In this document: piece by piece, positions 28,823-39,216 of the stretch
Position numbering within the stretch: the stretch's first letter is position 1
Layout: the number at the start of each line of letters is the position of its first letter
Position numbers and translations under genes: made by a program
Notes under the pieces: generated by a model
What the model saw: only the letters and a program-made list of their open reading frames with translations
Told to the model about the DNA's origin: nothing
Database searches by the model: none
Assembly: GCA_902627615.1 (NCBI GenBank)
Contig: CACOJW010000001.1
Span: 71,342 to 135,341, forward strand
Origin: an uncultured marine group III euryarchaeote
GTDB lineage: Archaea > Thermoplasmatota > Poseidoniia > MGIII > CG-Epi1
Direction of reading: 5' to 3'
Length of the DNA: 64,000 nucleotides

Positions 28823-31511
28823 TTAGAACTGCTTGGGCAGCAGATAATCTAGCGATAGGTACTCTAAATGGAGAGCATGAAACATAATCCATGCCTACAT
28901 TATGGCAAAAGTGAACAGACTTAGGCTCTCCTCCGTGTTCGCCACATATTCCTACTTTTAGATTAGGTTTCGTATTTCTCCCTTTTTCTATGCCCATTTT
29001 GACCAATTCACACACACCCTCATCTAGGCTTGCAAAAGGATCTTCAGGTAGCAATTCCAATTCCAAGTATGCTGGCATGAAGCCACCGGTATCATCACGA
29101 CTGAATCCAAATGTCATTTGTGTCAAATCATTTGTACCAAATGAGAAAAATTCAGCAGTTTCTGCAATTCTATTTGCAACAAGACTTGCTCTTGGAATTT
29201 CCATCATTGTTCCAACCATGTAATTATCTAAACCTTCAATTTTAGCAGCAACTTCTCTTACAATTTTTTCTTGATGATTGTATTCGGTTTCCATTCCAGT
29301 TAATGGAATCATTATTTCTGGGAAAGTCTTTACATTTTCAGCAGTGAGTTCGGCAGCAGCTTCCAATATTGCTCTAGCTTGCATTTCAGTTATTTCAGGG
29401 TGTGTTATTCCTAATCTAACACCTCTATGCCCCATCATAGGATTGGACTCTTTTAGTGCCTCGGATCTTCTTTCTAATTCTTCAGTATTTATTCCTAAAG
29501 CATTAGCGAGCTTCTTCTGTCTTTTAGCATCATGTGGAATAAATTCATGAAGTGGTGGATCCATTAGTCTAATTGTTACAGGCAATCCTTTCATTGCTCT
29601 TAATGTTTCTTTAATATCATTTTTCATGAAAGGAAATAAAGAGTCTAAAGCAACCCTTCTTTCTTCTTGGCTATTTGCCATAATCATTTCTTGAAGATGG
29701 AAAAGTGGTTCTTCAGATCCTTCACCATAGAACATATGTTCTATTCTGAATAATCCGATACCTTCAGCGCCAAAGTCTAAAGCTCTTTTTGCGTCAGATG
29801 GAGTTTCAGCATTTGTTCTAACCTTTAATTTTCTTACTTCGTCGCATAATCCTAAGAAATGTGTTAGATAATCACTACTGATATCAGTTTCAATTAATGG
29901 TAATTCTCCCTCATATACTTTTCCAGCAGTTCCATTAAGAGTAATTGGGTCTCCTTCTTTTATTGTTCTATCTCCAACAGTAAACTCTTTCTTGATGGAA
30001 TCTACTTTCATTTCACCAGCACCAACAACACAGCACATCCCCCATCCTCTTGCTACTAAGGCTGCATGTGAAGTCATTCCACCTCTTGATGTTAAAATTG
30101 CAACAGAGGCTCTCATACCTTCGACATCTTCTGGATTTGTTTCTTCTCTAACAAGTACAACAGTTTCACCTTTTGCAGCCCAATCAACAGCATCTTGTGC
30201 AGTAAAAACAGCTTTTCCAGTTGCGCCTCCGGGTCCGGCGGGCAGTCCTTTTGCTAGTAAGGCAGTACTTTTCTCCACGTCAGGATCAACAATAGGGTGT
30301 AATAATTCATCTAATTGGGATGGCGTAACCCTACCAATAGCAGTTTTTCCATCTATACGGTTTTCTTTAACCATTTCAGAGGCCATGCGAATTGCAGCAG
30401 GACCATTTCGCTTCCCAATTCTACATTGTAGCATCCAAAGTTTGCCCGATTGAATAGTAAATTCAATATCCATCATATCACTGTAGTGATCCTCTAGGTT
30501 CAATCGAATTGTATCGAGTTCTTTGTAGAGATGAGGTGCAGATTGCTCTAAACTAGGTAAATCTCCGCTATGATCAGTTCTGCAAATTTCGTTCAAAGGA
30601 TTAGGAGTTCTAATTCCTGCAACAACATCTTCACCTTGAGCTTTTTCTAACCATTCACCATAGAAGTTATTCTCACCAGTTGCAGGATTTCTAGTAAAGG
30701 CAACACCGGTTGCACTATCATCACCTAAATTTCCGTAGACCATAGCTTGCACATTAACAGCCGTTCCCCATTCTTCAGGTATATTTTCAATTTTTCTGTA
30801 AGCTTTTGCTCTTTTCCCGTCCCATGAATGGAATACTGCAGAAATAGCGCCCCACAGTTGTTCCCAAGGATCTTCTGGGAACGGTTTTTTTAGTACTTCC
30901 ATCACTTTACCCTTGTAAATTTCTACCAAATCTTTTAAGTTTGTAGCAGATAAATCAGTGTCTTCAGTTACACCTTCTTGTTCCTTCATTTTTTCTAATT
31001 CGTGTTCTAATTGATTTCTAATCCCCATGCCTTCTTCAGGTTCTATTCCAGATGCTTTTTCCATTACAACATCTGAATACATCTGAATCAATCTTCGTTG
31101 TGCATCATAAACAAATCTTGGATCTTCACTCTGTGCAATTAATCCATCTCTTGTAAAATCATTTAATCCTACGTTTAGAACAGTTTCCATCATTCCAGGC
31201 ATTGATGTTCTAGCTCCAGATCTCACAGACAACAGTAAAGGATTTTCTGAATCACCAAATACAGCCCCTACTCTATCTTCTACATCTTTTAAAGCACTTT
31301 TGAGTTGTCCATCTAACTCCTTTGGATATGTTTTTCCATTTTCATTGAAAAAAGTACATACTTCGGTAGTTATTGTACAACCAGGTGGAACAGGTATGTC
31401 TAGAAGTGACATTTCAGCTAAATTAGCACCTTTACCTCCCAATAAATTTTTCATGTCAGCCTTGCCATCAGTCATATTTGGACCGAATCGATAAACGTGC
31501 ATTTCGCTCAT
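28809..31511 (-). CDS. ppdK: Pyruvate, phosphate dikinase
   Basis: LLGGKGANLAEM, VRSGA, phospho-His motif GGMTSHAA, SFGTNDLTQ and GICGEHGG. Confidence 0.98.
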   Translation of the reverse strand: MSEMHVYRFGPNMTDGKADMKNLLGGKGANLAEMSLLDIPVPPGCTITTEVCTFFNENGKTYPKELDGQLKSALKDVEDRVGAVFGDSENPLLLSVRSGARTSMPGMMETVLNVGLNDFTRDGLIAQSEDPRFVYDAQRRLIQMYSDVVMEKASGIEPEEGMGIRNQLEHELEKMKEQEGVTEDTDLSATNLKDLVEIYKGKVMEVLKKPFPEDPWEQLWGAISAVFHSWDGKRAKAYRKIENIPEEWGTAVNVQAMVYGNLGDDSATGVAFTRNPATGENNFYGEWLEKAQGEDVVAGIRTPNPLNEICRTDHSGDLPSLEQSAPHLYKELDTIRLNLEDHYSDMMDIEFTIQSGKLWMLQCRIGKRNGPAAIRMASEMVKENRIDGKTAIGRVTPSQLDELLHPIVDPDVEKSTALLAKGLPAGPGGATGKAVFTAQDAVDWAAKGETVVLVREETNPEDVEGMRASVAILTSRGGMTSHAALVARGWGMCCVVGAGEMKVDSIKKEFTVGDRTIKEGDPITLNGTAGKVYEGELPLIETDISSDYLTHFLGLCDEVRKLKVRTNAETPSDAKRALDFGAEGIGLFRIEHMFYGEGSEEPLFHLQEMIMANSQEERRVALDSLFPFMKNDIKETLRAMKGLPVTIRLMDPPLHEFIPHDAKRQKKLANALGINTEELERRSEALKESNPMMGHRGVRLGITHPEITEMQARAILEAAAELTAENVKTFPEIMIPLTGMETEYNHQEKIVREVAAKIEGLDNYMVGTMMEIPRASLVANRIAETAEFFSFGTNDLTQMTFGFSRDDTGGFMPAYLELELLPEDPFASLDEGVCELVKMGIEKGRNTKPNLKVGICGEHGGEPKSVHFCHNVGMDYVSCSPFRVPIARLSAAQAVLNDEK

Positions 31512-31538
31512 TCTTACTCAAGGCTCTAACGAAATAGG

Positions 31539-31549
31539 TATAAATTCTC
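31539..31549 (-). promoter_or_regulatory. Putative TATA/BRE for ppdK
   Basis: Minus-strand purine-rich run then TTTATA about 28 nt upstream of the ATG at 31511. Confidence 0.45.
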
Positions 31550-31556
31550 TTTCTCT

Positions 31557-31982
31557 TTATTTTATGGGGTCATGAAGTCTTCCGATTAGAGGCCAACCAT
31601 GCCACAATAATCGATCGTCTAATTCAGTAAGAATACTGTAAATTTCATCATACCCCTCAACAACATGCTCAATTAAACAGGGTTTACATTCATCGCTTAA
31701 CCATTTTTCAATTACTTTGTGATTACCGACATCTAGTATTTTTGAGATTTCGCTCATTTCCTTCAGTCTCGTGCGTAAATGTTCAAGAAAAATATCAGAA
31801 TTTTTTAGTGCCATAGTCAAATGTAAAAATCTCAATCTGTCATCATTACTAATTTCTTTAATATTTTTATCTTCAGGTGCACCTTCTGCAACTAGCATTT
31901 CAAGTAATTTTTTCTCTCCGAATATTTTGCTTGCGGCTTCCAACAAGTATCCTAAACTTTCAATCTTTTTCTCTTTATTCAT
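31557..31982 (-). CDS. Hypothetical protein with a CxxC motif
   Basis: 141-aa ORF overlapping the upstream gene; contains CKPC and C-terminal WHGWPLIG. Confidence 0.7.
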   Translation of the reverse strand: MNKEKKIESLGYLLEAASKIFGEKKLLEMLVAEGAPEDKNIKEISNDDRLRFLHLTMALKNSDIFLEHLRTRLKEMSEISKILDVGNHKVIEKWLSDECKPCLIEHVVEGYDEIYSILTELDDRLLWHGWPLIGRLHDPIK

Positions 31983-32451
31983 AAGTGCTAATTAGATAAT
32001 CTACAACTGTCATAATATCATTTTTTGATGTAATTGCAGTTTCTTCGTTGATAATTTCACCCATCCCTATACAAAAAATTTTATTTTCTGAATAAGTATT
32101 CCATCCTTTACTTATTTCTTTAACTCTACTTAGTATAATAATTCTATCTGTTTTGGGTGTGCTCTCCTCAAGATAATTCCATAGTTCAATGAAGTGTGAA
32201 TCTGGTTTTTTAAGTCCATTTCCTACGACAATTTGGACATTCGCTACTTTTAGCCAATCAAGCCACATTTTACCTGTTGCAGTAGGCGCATCTATCTCAT
32301 AAAACATCAGATTATTTAATTCACAAGCATAATCTAGGAGCATATCTGGAACATTGTCAGGCAAAACAAAGTTTCCTTGTGGTTTTGGTAAATTTCTCAT
32401 AAGCGTGGATTTGCCGGCCCCCATAGGTCCAGTAACCATTACATATTTCAT
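31975..32451 (-). CDS. Small P-loop NTPase (divergent small-GTPase-like)
   Basis: Walker A GPMGAGKST near the N-terminus. The ATG at 32451 overlaps the upstream stop. Confidence 0.7.
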   Translation of the reverse strand: MKYVMVTGPMGAGKSTLMRNLPKPQGNFVLPDNVPDMLLDYACELNNLMFYEIDAPTATGKMWLDWLKVANVQIVVGNGLKKPDSHFIELWNYLEESTPKTDRIIILSRVKEISKGWNTYSENKIFCIGMGEIINEETAITSKNDIMTVVDYLISTYE

Positions 32452-33182
32452 AATTCTTCTCCAATTTTTTCTATACTCCACGTCCTTACTTGAACTCCTT
32501 TGCTAATATGAATTAAGTCTGGTTTAAGGGGGTTTTCAATACCTAATTCGTAATGCTCAGTTAGTGTATTGATTTCAATTTCAGCTTCAGCCTTATGATA
32601 TTCCCAAGGTTCGTGACAAGTATATGCCATATGTGTTTTTTGGTTGTAAGTCACATATAAACTGTATCTCTCAAATAAAAATTCTTCTAGACTTCCTTTT
32701 TTGGCTTTTTCGACAGATCCTATAGGGCTAGATTTGCCTCTTAGTTCAATTCCATTGCTAACTCTTTTTGAGTACCACTCAAACCCCTCTTCAGTTTCTT
32801 TCACATATCCTTTTGAATATACGTAAGGAAGCCCATATGCCCATGGCGCATATGCACTTGTAATTCTACTTTGGGCATCAAGTGTCAAAAACAGTACTCC
32901 AGGAATTCCATTCTTTCTGACATAAGTTCTTATGTTAAATTCAGGAAAATTTGAAACAAAAGGAACAGATGGCAGAAAGCGAGGCCTTACTCTTTCCATT
33001 CTAAAAGGAATCGTACCAACATAAGCATCACCATCAAAGTCTTCAAGTTCAATATCTTCTGGAATATACTTACTAATCTTCTTCTTATCCACAATCCAAT
33101 GCATGAAAGTTAGATTAACCCAATTTTGATTTAGGGACCAACTACGCGCAGGCATTGGAAATGGAATATGGTCAGTCCTCAT
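32448..33182 (-). CDS. YqjF / DUF2071 family protein
   Basis: QNWVNLTFMHW, FPEFNIRTYV, GVLFLTLDA, FLFERY and HEPW motifs. Confidence 0.85.
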   Translation of the reverse strand: MRTDHIPFPMPARSWSLNQNWVNLTFMHWIVDKKKISKYIPEDIELEDFDGDAYVGTIPFRMERVRPRFLPSVPFVSNFPEFNIRTYVRKNGIPGVLFLTLDAQSRITSAYAPWAYGLPYVYSKGYVKETEEGFEWYSKRVSNGIELRGKSSPIGSVEKAKKGSLEEFLFERYSLYVTYNQKTHMAYTCHEPWEYHKAEAEIEINTLTEHYELGIENPLKPDLIHISKGVQVRTWSIEKIGEEL

Positions 33183-33876
33183 CTCTCTTACCTTCTTTAA
33201 TGGCTTTGAAGATACCCATTAGATTTTCGTATTCTCCCTGATCGGGATTTCCTCTAGAAATAAGTCTTCTTAGAGTAGTTTTTGATCTAGCCAATTTTCT
33301 CTTAGGATAACTACTATTTTCTAGCATTCCTATGATTCTATCGACGAGCCTCTCAAATTCTTCTTGAGACACAGACTTTCTTCGCCTTGGCTCTTTTACC
33401 TTCAAATTTCTATTAATTTCATACAGTAAAATACCTACTGCATGCGATAGGTTCAAAACAGGGTAATCGGGACTGGTTGGAATGGTTACAGTAGTTTCGC
33501 ATAAGGCTAATTCGTCCTTATATAATCCATAATTTTCTCTTCCAAAAACTAATGCAGGCCTATCTCTTGAATCAATTAGTTCATTAATTTTTTTCACGTT
33601 TTGAGGAGCTCTAAACCATCGTTTATCTCCCTCAGCTCTGATTCCACTCGTTCCAATCACTATATCACAGTCAGCTAGAGCTTCTTGCATTGTTTCAAAG
33701 CGTTGAAGTTTTTCTAGTATTGGCCTTCCAGATTTGGATCTTGCGAAACCTTCTCCAGTAATCTCGCATCCTTTAACCAGTGCTAAATCATCTATTCCAA
33801 AATTTGCCATAACTCTTGCTACAGCTCCAACATTACCTGGAATTTGGGGTTCAACTAAGACAATTCTCAACAGCAC
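33172..33876 (-). CDS. trmJ: SPOUT tRNA methyltransferase, TrmJ family
   Basis: LVEPQIPGNVGAVARVMANFG, LVFGRENYGL and YPVLNLSHAV motifs. Confidence 0.9.
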   Translation of the reverse strand: MLLRIVLVEPQIPGNVGAVARVMANFGIDDLALVKGCEITGEGFARSKSGRPILEKLQRFETMQEALADCDIVIGTSGIRAEGDKRWFRAPQNVKKINELIDSRDRPALVFGRENYGLYKDELALCETTVTIPTSPDYPVLNLSHAVGILLYEINRNLKVKEPRRRKSVSQEEFERLVDRIIGMLENSSYPKRKLARSKTTLRRLISRGNPDQGEYENLMGIFKAIKEGKRDED

Positions 33877-33944
33877 TCAAAGGAGGACTTTTAGATAACT
33901 TTCTATGTATAACAATTAATAATTGCCTTTGTTGGAGTAATAGA

Positions 33945-35075
33945 ATGGTAGAAATTTACATTATATTGAGTTTGATTCTTGGAATAGCAATAGGATATAC
34001 TTTAGCGAATCAGAGCAATTCGTCAAGCAATGAAGACATAGATGCAATAAAGAAAGAAATGGAAAACACATTCAAAGCTTTAGCATTAGACGTTAATCAA
34101 ACAATTAGCAGTAAAAATACGGAAGAATTTTTTAAATTAGCCAATGACAAATTTCAAGGATTAAGTAAGGAATCAGATACTAATTTAGAGAATAAAAAGA
34201 AATTAATAGACGAAAATTTGAGCGAGATGTCTAAAAGATTAAAATCTATTGAAGAGCATTCCATAAAGCTCAACGAAAATTTGGAATCTACTAATCTTCA
34301 GACCAAAGATTTGACTGAGACTACAGGTAAATTACGTGAAATTCTATCATCATCTCAAAAAAGAGGCCAATGGGGTGAAAGAATTGTTGAAGACATACTG
34401 AATGTTATTGGATTGATTGAAGGGATAAATTATACCAAACAAGGAGTCGTAGAATCTGGAGAACGTCCTGATTTCACTTTCAAATTACCAAAGGAAAAAA
34501 TAATCAACATGGACGTTAAATTTCCATTAGCTCATTATGAAAGATATATTGACTCCGATGATGAAAATATTCGTAATTCTGAGAAAAGTGCATTTCTTAA
34601 AGATGTAAAAAAGCATGTCAGAGATATAACAAAACGTAGCTATATTGACCCCTCATCAGGTACTTTAGATTATGTACTTATGCTAGTTCCCAATGAGTCA
34701 ATTTATTCCTTCATAAATAAGGAAGACAGTGCCGTTATTGATTTTGCCTTAGAAAACAAAGTTCTTCTTTGTTCACCACTAACACTCTACGCAATATTGT
34801 CATTGATTCATCAGGCTACGAGAAACTTTGCCATGGAGGAAAAAGCTACTGAAGTAATGAGTTTGCTTAATACTTTCCGAGTTCAGTGGGAAAAGTATAT
34901 TGAAGTTATGGATAAAATGGGAAGAAGTTTGAATACTGCTAAAAATGATTACGATACGATGGTTTCTACGCGTAGAAAACAACTTGAGAAACCACTCAAT
35001 AAAATAGATGAAATTACTAGTTTAACAGAGTCATCAAACGTAGAAAGATTAGATGGCGGACAGCAAAAACTTTAG
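33945..35075 (+). CDS. rmuC: DNA recombination protein RmuC
   Basis: N-terminal TM, coiled coil, RGQWGE, RPD...DVKFP and LVPNES. Start is the ATG at 33945. Confidence 0.92.
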   Translation: MVEIYIILSLILGIAIGYTLANQSNSSSNEDIDAIKKEMENTFKALALDVNQTISSKNTEEFFKLANDKFQGLSKESDTNLENKKKLIDENLSEMSKRLKSIEEHSIKLNENLESTNLQTKDLTETTGKLREILSSSQKRGQWGERIVEDILNVIGLIEGINYTKQGVVESGERPDFTFKLPKEKIINMDVKFPLAHYERYIDSDDENIRNSEKSAFLKDVKKHVRDITKRSYIDPSSGTLDYVLMLVPNESIYSFINKEDSAVIDFALENKVLLCSPLTLYAILSLIHQATRNFAMEEKATEVMSLLNTFRVQWEKYIEVMDKMGRSLNTAKNDYDTMVSTRRKQLEKPLNKIDEITSLTESSNVERLDGGQQKL

Positions 35076-36490
35076 AGTTCTTTCATTGAAGATACTAATT
35101 CAGTCATCATTTGTTTTCCATCGCCAAATAGCATCATAGTTTTATCTTCATAGAATAAATCATTATCAACTCCTGCATAGCCAACAGATAAAGATCTTTT
35201 CACAATTACAACTACACCAGCCTTATCGGCATCTATTATTGGCATTCCGGCTAGTGGCCCTTCATCGCTTCTAGCAGCAGGGTTTACAGTATCATTTGCA
35301 CCAACAACTAGGGCAACATCACATTCTCCCATCTCTGAGTTTATATCATCCATTTCAATCAATTTTTCATATGGCACGCTGGCTTCAGCCAGAAGCACGT
35401 TCATGTGCCCTGGCATTCTTCCTGCAACAGGATGAATTCCATATTTGACTTCGCAACCATTTGCTTCTAGAATGTCAGCAAATTCTCTAACTTGATGTTG
35501 ACATTGCGAAACAGCCATTCCATAGCCTGGGATGATTACGCATTTAGATATTCCATCACAGACCATAGCAACTTCTTCTGGATCAGAACCAACTTTAGTT
35601 CTAGTTACTTGCTCTTTGTCCGAACCTCCAAACGATTTGAATAGAACATCAATTAATTCTCTGTTCATTGCTTTACACATTATATTAGTTAGAATTAGAC
35701 CTGCAGCTCCAACCATGGAACCAGCAATAATCAAAACATTGTTTCCAATTATAAATCCAGTGAATGCAGCAGCTATGCCAGATAATGAATTTAGTAAACT
35801 AACTACAACAGGCATATCAGCACCCCCTATTGGAAGGACGAATAAAATTCCAAGAATAGATGAAAGTGCAATAATGGCTATTACATAGTCTTGGTTTCCA
35901 GGTTGCTCTATTGTCATGTAAAGGAGCCCTATAATTGAAATTAAAATTAGTGCTTTAATGTAATTCAGCCATTCAGGTCCCCAAGTGGGAGTTCGATACC
36001 ATGTTCCAAAAATTTCCACACCACCTTTCAATTTCATCATAGCTAGTAAGCTTCCAGTCAAAGTTACCCAACCTACCAAAGCAGAAAGCCCAATCGCAAT
36101 CCATGCTACTCTGAGTTCTAACCAACCCAGATCACTCCATTCTCCACTATCTATTAATTTGAAAACTTCTGAAGCTGCAACAAGAGCACTTGCGGCACCT
36201 CCAAAACCATTGAAAAGAGCTACCATCTCAGGCATTCCAGTCATTTGTACTCTTACGGCCATTACATACCCAATTAAGGCACCTAATCCTAGTCCAGCAC
36301 CAATAATCAACAGTGTGTCAGTTGCTCCAAAATCCATCTGAGCAATTGTAACTATTACAGCCAATAACATCCCCATTGCACCATACAGATTTCCAGTTGG
36401 GGCAGTTCTTGGATGTCCTAGTTTCTTTAACCCAAGAATAAATAAAATTGACGCAATTAGATATCCAATATCCCAAATTGCAGGATCCAT
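35072..36490 (-). CDS. pntB: NAD(P) transhydrogenase subunit beta
   Basis: PIGGADMPVV, MCKAMNR, PGYGMAV, HPVAGRMPGHMNVLLAEA and GANDTVNP motifs. Confidence 0.97.
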   Translation of the reverse strand: MDPAIWDIGYLIASILFILGLKKLGHPRTAPTGNLYGAMGMLLAVIVTIAQMDFGATDTLLIIGAGLGLGALIGYVMAVRVQMTGMPEMVALFNGFGGAASALVAASEVFKLIDSGEWSDLGWLELRVAWIAIGLSALVGWVTLTGSLLAMMKLKGGVEIFGTWYRTPTWGPEWLNYIKALILISIIGLLYMTIEQPGNQDYVIAIIALSSILGILFVLPIGGADMPVVVSLLNSLSGIAAAFTGFIIGNNVLIIAGSMVGAAGLILTNIMCKAMNRELIDVLFKSFGGSDKEQVTRTKVGSDPEEVAMVCDGISKCVIIPGYGMAVSQCQHQVREFADILEANGCEVKYGIHPVAGRMPGHMNVLLAEASVPYEKLIEMDDINSEMGECDVALVVGANDTVNPAARSDEGPLAGMPIIDADKAGVVVIVKRSLSVGYAGVDNDLFYEDKTMMLFGDGKQMMTELVSSMKEL

Positions 36491-36795
36491 TACTTTCCAC
36501 CTCTTTTTCCAGCAATCATATTGAGCATTCTGTTAGTTACAGCAAATCCTCCAACAACGTTAATTGTTGCTAAAACTAGTGCAGAAAAAGCAAACATTTC
36601 AGGACTCATAAATGGTATGGCTGTAGAATCTTTCAACAAAATTAATGCCCCAACTACAGTAATTCCAGAAATTGCATTTGCTCCAGACATTAGAGGAGTA
36701 TGCAAAGTCGGTGGCACTTTTGTGATAAGTTCAAATCCTAAAAATATGGCTAATATGAATACTGTAATCAGCCCAATTAATGTAATTAAATCCAT
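36490..36795 (-). CDS. pntA: NAD(P) transhydrogenase subunit alpha, part 2 (membrane)
   Basis: VPPTLHTPLMSGANAISG and NVVGGFAVTNRML motifs. Confidence 0.95.
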   Translation of the reverse strand: MDLITLIGLITVFILAIFLGFELITKVPPTLHTPLMSGANAISGITVVGALILLKDSTAIPFMSPEMFAFSALVLATINVVGGFAVTNRMLNMIAGKRGGK

Positions 36796-37967
36796 TATTT
36801 CATAGCCTCCATTAGTTTAGTATGGTTTTCATGTATTTTCCCATCTTCAGCAATCAAGATTCCGCCATATCCTGCAGAAATTCCACCTTCGTCTCCTGTT
36901 AGAACTTCTTCTTCTTGATTAATGGTGAGTTTTCCCTCATCAACCAAGACTGTAACGAAATTAGTAACATTATTTGAATAGAGCATAGATGCAGTATTTG
37001 GGATAGTTCGGCAAAGGTTGGGAATGCCTACTATTGTGACTCCATTTTCTTCAACTATTTCTCCTTCTTTACTTCCAATAATATTTCCTCCAGTATCTGT
37101 GTTCATATCAACAATCACAGAACCTTCTTTCATTTCTTTAGTCATGTTATCATTATTTTCCTTTCCGAAGAATAACTTTGGAGCATCGCTTCCAAATAGT
37201 CTAGCAGTTGTGATTACAACGTCAGCATCTTTTACGGCACCCATTAATGCATCATCGAATGCATTTTGAAGATCTTTATCAGTGAATAGAGACGCATGCC
37301 CACTTGAGCTCTCGGCATCTTTCCATCCAGGAACATCAATAAATTTCGCACCTAAGCTTTCAGTGTCTTGTTTTGCAGCTAGTCTTACATCGATGGCTTG
37401 TACTGCAGCGCCTAATCTTTTTGCTGTAGCAATTGCCTGAAGGCCTGCAACAGCAGCCCCTTGGATTACAAATTTTGCTGGCCTTACTGTTCCAGCAGAA
37501 GTCATCATCATAGGTACCATTTTTGCAATATGTTGTGATCCCATTAGAGCTGCTTTGTATCCTGATAAATTGTCTTGACTAGAGTTAACATCCATTGATT
37601 GCCCTTTTGATAATCTTCTAGGAATTACTTCAAGTGAAAGCAAAGTTATCCCTGCATCAATTATTTCCTTTGTTTCTTTTAAATTTCTAAATGGATCAGA
37701 GATGCAAGCCAGCATCTGGCCTTTTTTCATCATTTTAAAAACAGGAATATCAATTGATACTACTAATTCTGATTTCATTACATCTTCTAAATCAGATATT
37801 TTTGCTCCCTTTTCCTCATACTCGGAATCCGAGTATCCTGAATTTTCCCCGGCGCCCTTTTCAATTACAATATCAAAACCTAGTTTTGCTAATTTGGGTA
37901 TTGAAAGAGGAACAAGTGAAACGCGTGTTTCATTTTCATTCTTTTCTTTTGGTATTCCTATTCGCAT
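36795..37967 (-). CDS. pntA: NAD(P) transhydrogenase subunit alpha, part 1 (NAD-binding)
   Basis: IGIPKE...ETRV, QSMDVNSSQ, MMTSAGTV and VAGLQAIATAKRLGA motifs. Confidence 0.94.
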   Translation of the reverse strand: MRIGIPKEKNENETRVSLVPLSIPKLAKLGFDIVIEKGAGENSGYSDSEYEEKGAKISDLEDVMKSELVVSIDIPVFKMMKKGQMLACISDPFRNLKETKEIIDAGITLLSLEVIPRRLSKGQSMDVNSSQDNLSGYKAALMGSQHIAKMVPMMMTSAGTVRPAKFVIQGAAVAGLQAIATAKRLGAAVQAIDVRLAAKQDTESLGAKFIDVPGWKDAESSSGHASLFTDKDLQNAFDDALMGAVKDADVVITTARLFGSDAPKLFFGKENNDNMTKEMKEGSVIVDMNTDTGGNIIGSKEGEIVEENGVTIVGIPNLCRTIPNTASMLYSNNVTNFVTVLVDEGKLTINQEEEVLTGDEGGISAGYGGILIAEDGKIHENHTKLMEAMK

Positions 37968-38045
37968 TATTTACACCATTAAATTACATGACGACTAAAA
38001 TAGTCTATACTGTAGCTTACAAACATACAGATAAAAGTTTTCCTA

Positions 38046-39215
38046 TTATTTTCCTATTTCTCTAGCTATAACTAATCTTTGAACCTCTTGTGTTCCTTCA
38101 TAAATTTGAGTTATTTTAGCATCTCTAAAGAATCTTTCAACAGGAAATTCGGTAGTATATCCATATCCACCTAAAACTTGTACAGCTTTTTCAGAAACCC
38201 ACATTGCAGTATCTCCGGCATTTAATTTTGCAAATGATGCCTCTAAGGTGTGTCTTGCAGAACCATTTTCGTAATGTTCTTGTTTTGCCCATGCAGCTTT
38301 GTAGACTTGCAATCTTGCAGCATCTATCTTGAGTGCCATATCGGCTAGATAATTACTGATAGACTGGTGTGCAGCTATTGGTTTTCCGAAAGTTTCTCTT
38401 TCTTTAGAATATTTTAGCGCTGATTCGTATGCTCCTTGTGCAATTCCAAGACCTTGAGCTGCAATTCCAATTCTTGAATTATCCAAGGCATTCATTGCAA
38501 TGGGAAATCCTTTTCCTACTTCACCTAAAACATTCTCTTTCGGAACTTTACAATTATCCAATATTAAAGTGCAAGTATCACTTGATCGTATGCCTAATTT
38601 ATCTTCTTTTTTACCAATTTTAAATCCTTCAAAGCCTTTTTCGATTATGAAGCATGTAACGCCTCCGTGACTTTTTTTACCATAATCGGGGTGATCGGTT
38701 ACTTTAGCAAATAGAACGAAAAGATCAGCAGTAGTTCCATTGGTAACCCACATTTTTTCTCCGTTTAAAACGTAAAATTCATCTTCCTCATTGGCCTTTG
38801 CTACCATTGCAGCAGCATCTGTTCCAGAACCAGCTTCACTCAGAGAATATGCACCTAAATATTCACCTGTGGCTAGTTTTGGTAAATATTTTTCTTTTTG
38901 TTCTTTACTTCCACTAAGAGCGATAGTCATTGAACAAAGTCCTACATGTACTGCAACCATTACACCTAGTGACGGATCTACTCTAGATAATTCTTCTATA
39001 ACGATAGCTTCTGAGATGTCATCTAATTTCTGTCCTCCATATTCATTAGGTATTGTCATTCCTGCAAATCCAAGTTCTGCAAGTTGTTTAAATTCCTCAA
39101 TAGGTGGTTTTTGTTCTTTATCTCTTTTATTGCAGGTTGGACCGGCTATTGTTTCAGCAAAGTCACGAACCATATCTCTAATCATTTTCTGATCTTCAGT
39201 TTCTGCAAAATCCAT
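38046..39215 (-). CDS. Acyl-CoA dehydrogenase
   Basis: LSEAGSGTD, NGEKMWVTNG, KLGIRSSDT, GGYGY and IYEGTQEVQR motifs. Confidence 0.95.
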   Translation of the reverse strand: MDFAETEDQKMIRDMVRDFAETIAGPTCNKRDKEQKPPIEEFKQLAELGFAGMTIPNEYGGQKLDDISEAIVIEELSRVDPSLGVMVAVHVGLCSMTIALSGSKEQKEKYLPKLATGEYLGAYSLSEAGSGTDAAAMVAKANEEDEFYVLNGEKMWVTNGTTADLFVLFAKVTDHPDYGKKSHGGVTCFIIEKGFEGFKIGKKEDKLGIRSSDTCTLILDNCKVPKENVLGEVGKGFPIAMNALDNSRIGIAAQGLGIAQGAYESALKYSKERETFGKPIAAHQSISNYLADMALKIDAARLQVYKAAWAKQEHYENGSARHTLEASFAKLNAGDTAMWVSEKAVQVLGGYGYTTEFPVERFFRDAKITQIYEGTQEVQRLVIAREIGK

Positions 39216-39216
39216 T

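Noticed and set aside
29992-30453. 153-aa antisense ORF within ppdK, and the many other 60-130 aa shadow ORFs in the track
   Set aside because: They lie antisense or off-frame to well-supported genes, have Ser/Pro/Ile-rich shadow composition and show no motifs.
33816-33944. Long N-terminal extension of RmuC
   Set aside because: It overlaps the divergent trmJ start and promoter; the TM-initiating ATG at 33945 fits better.
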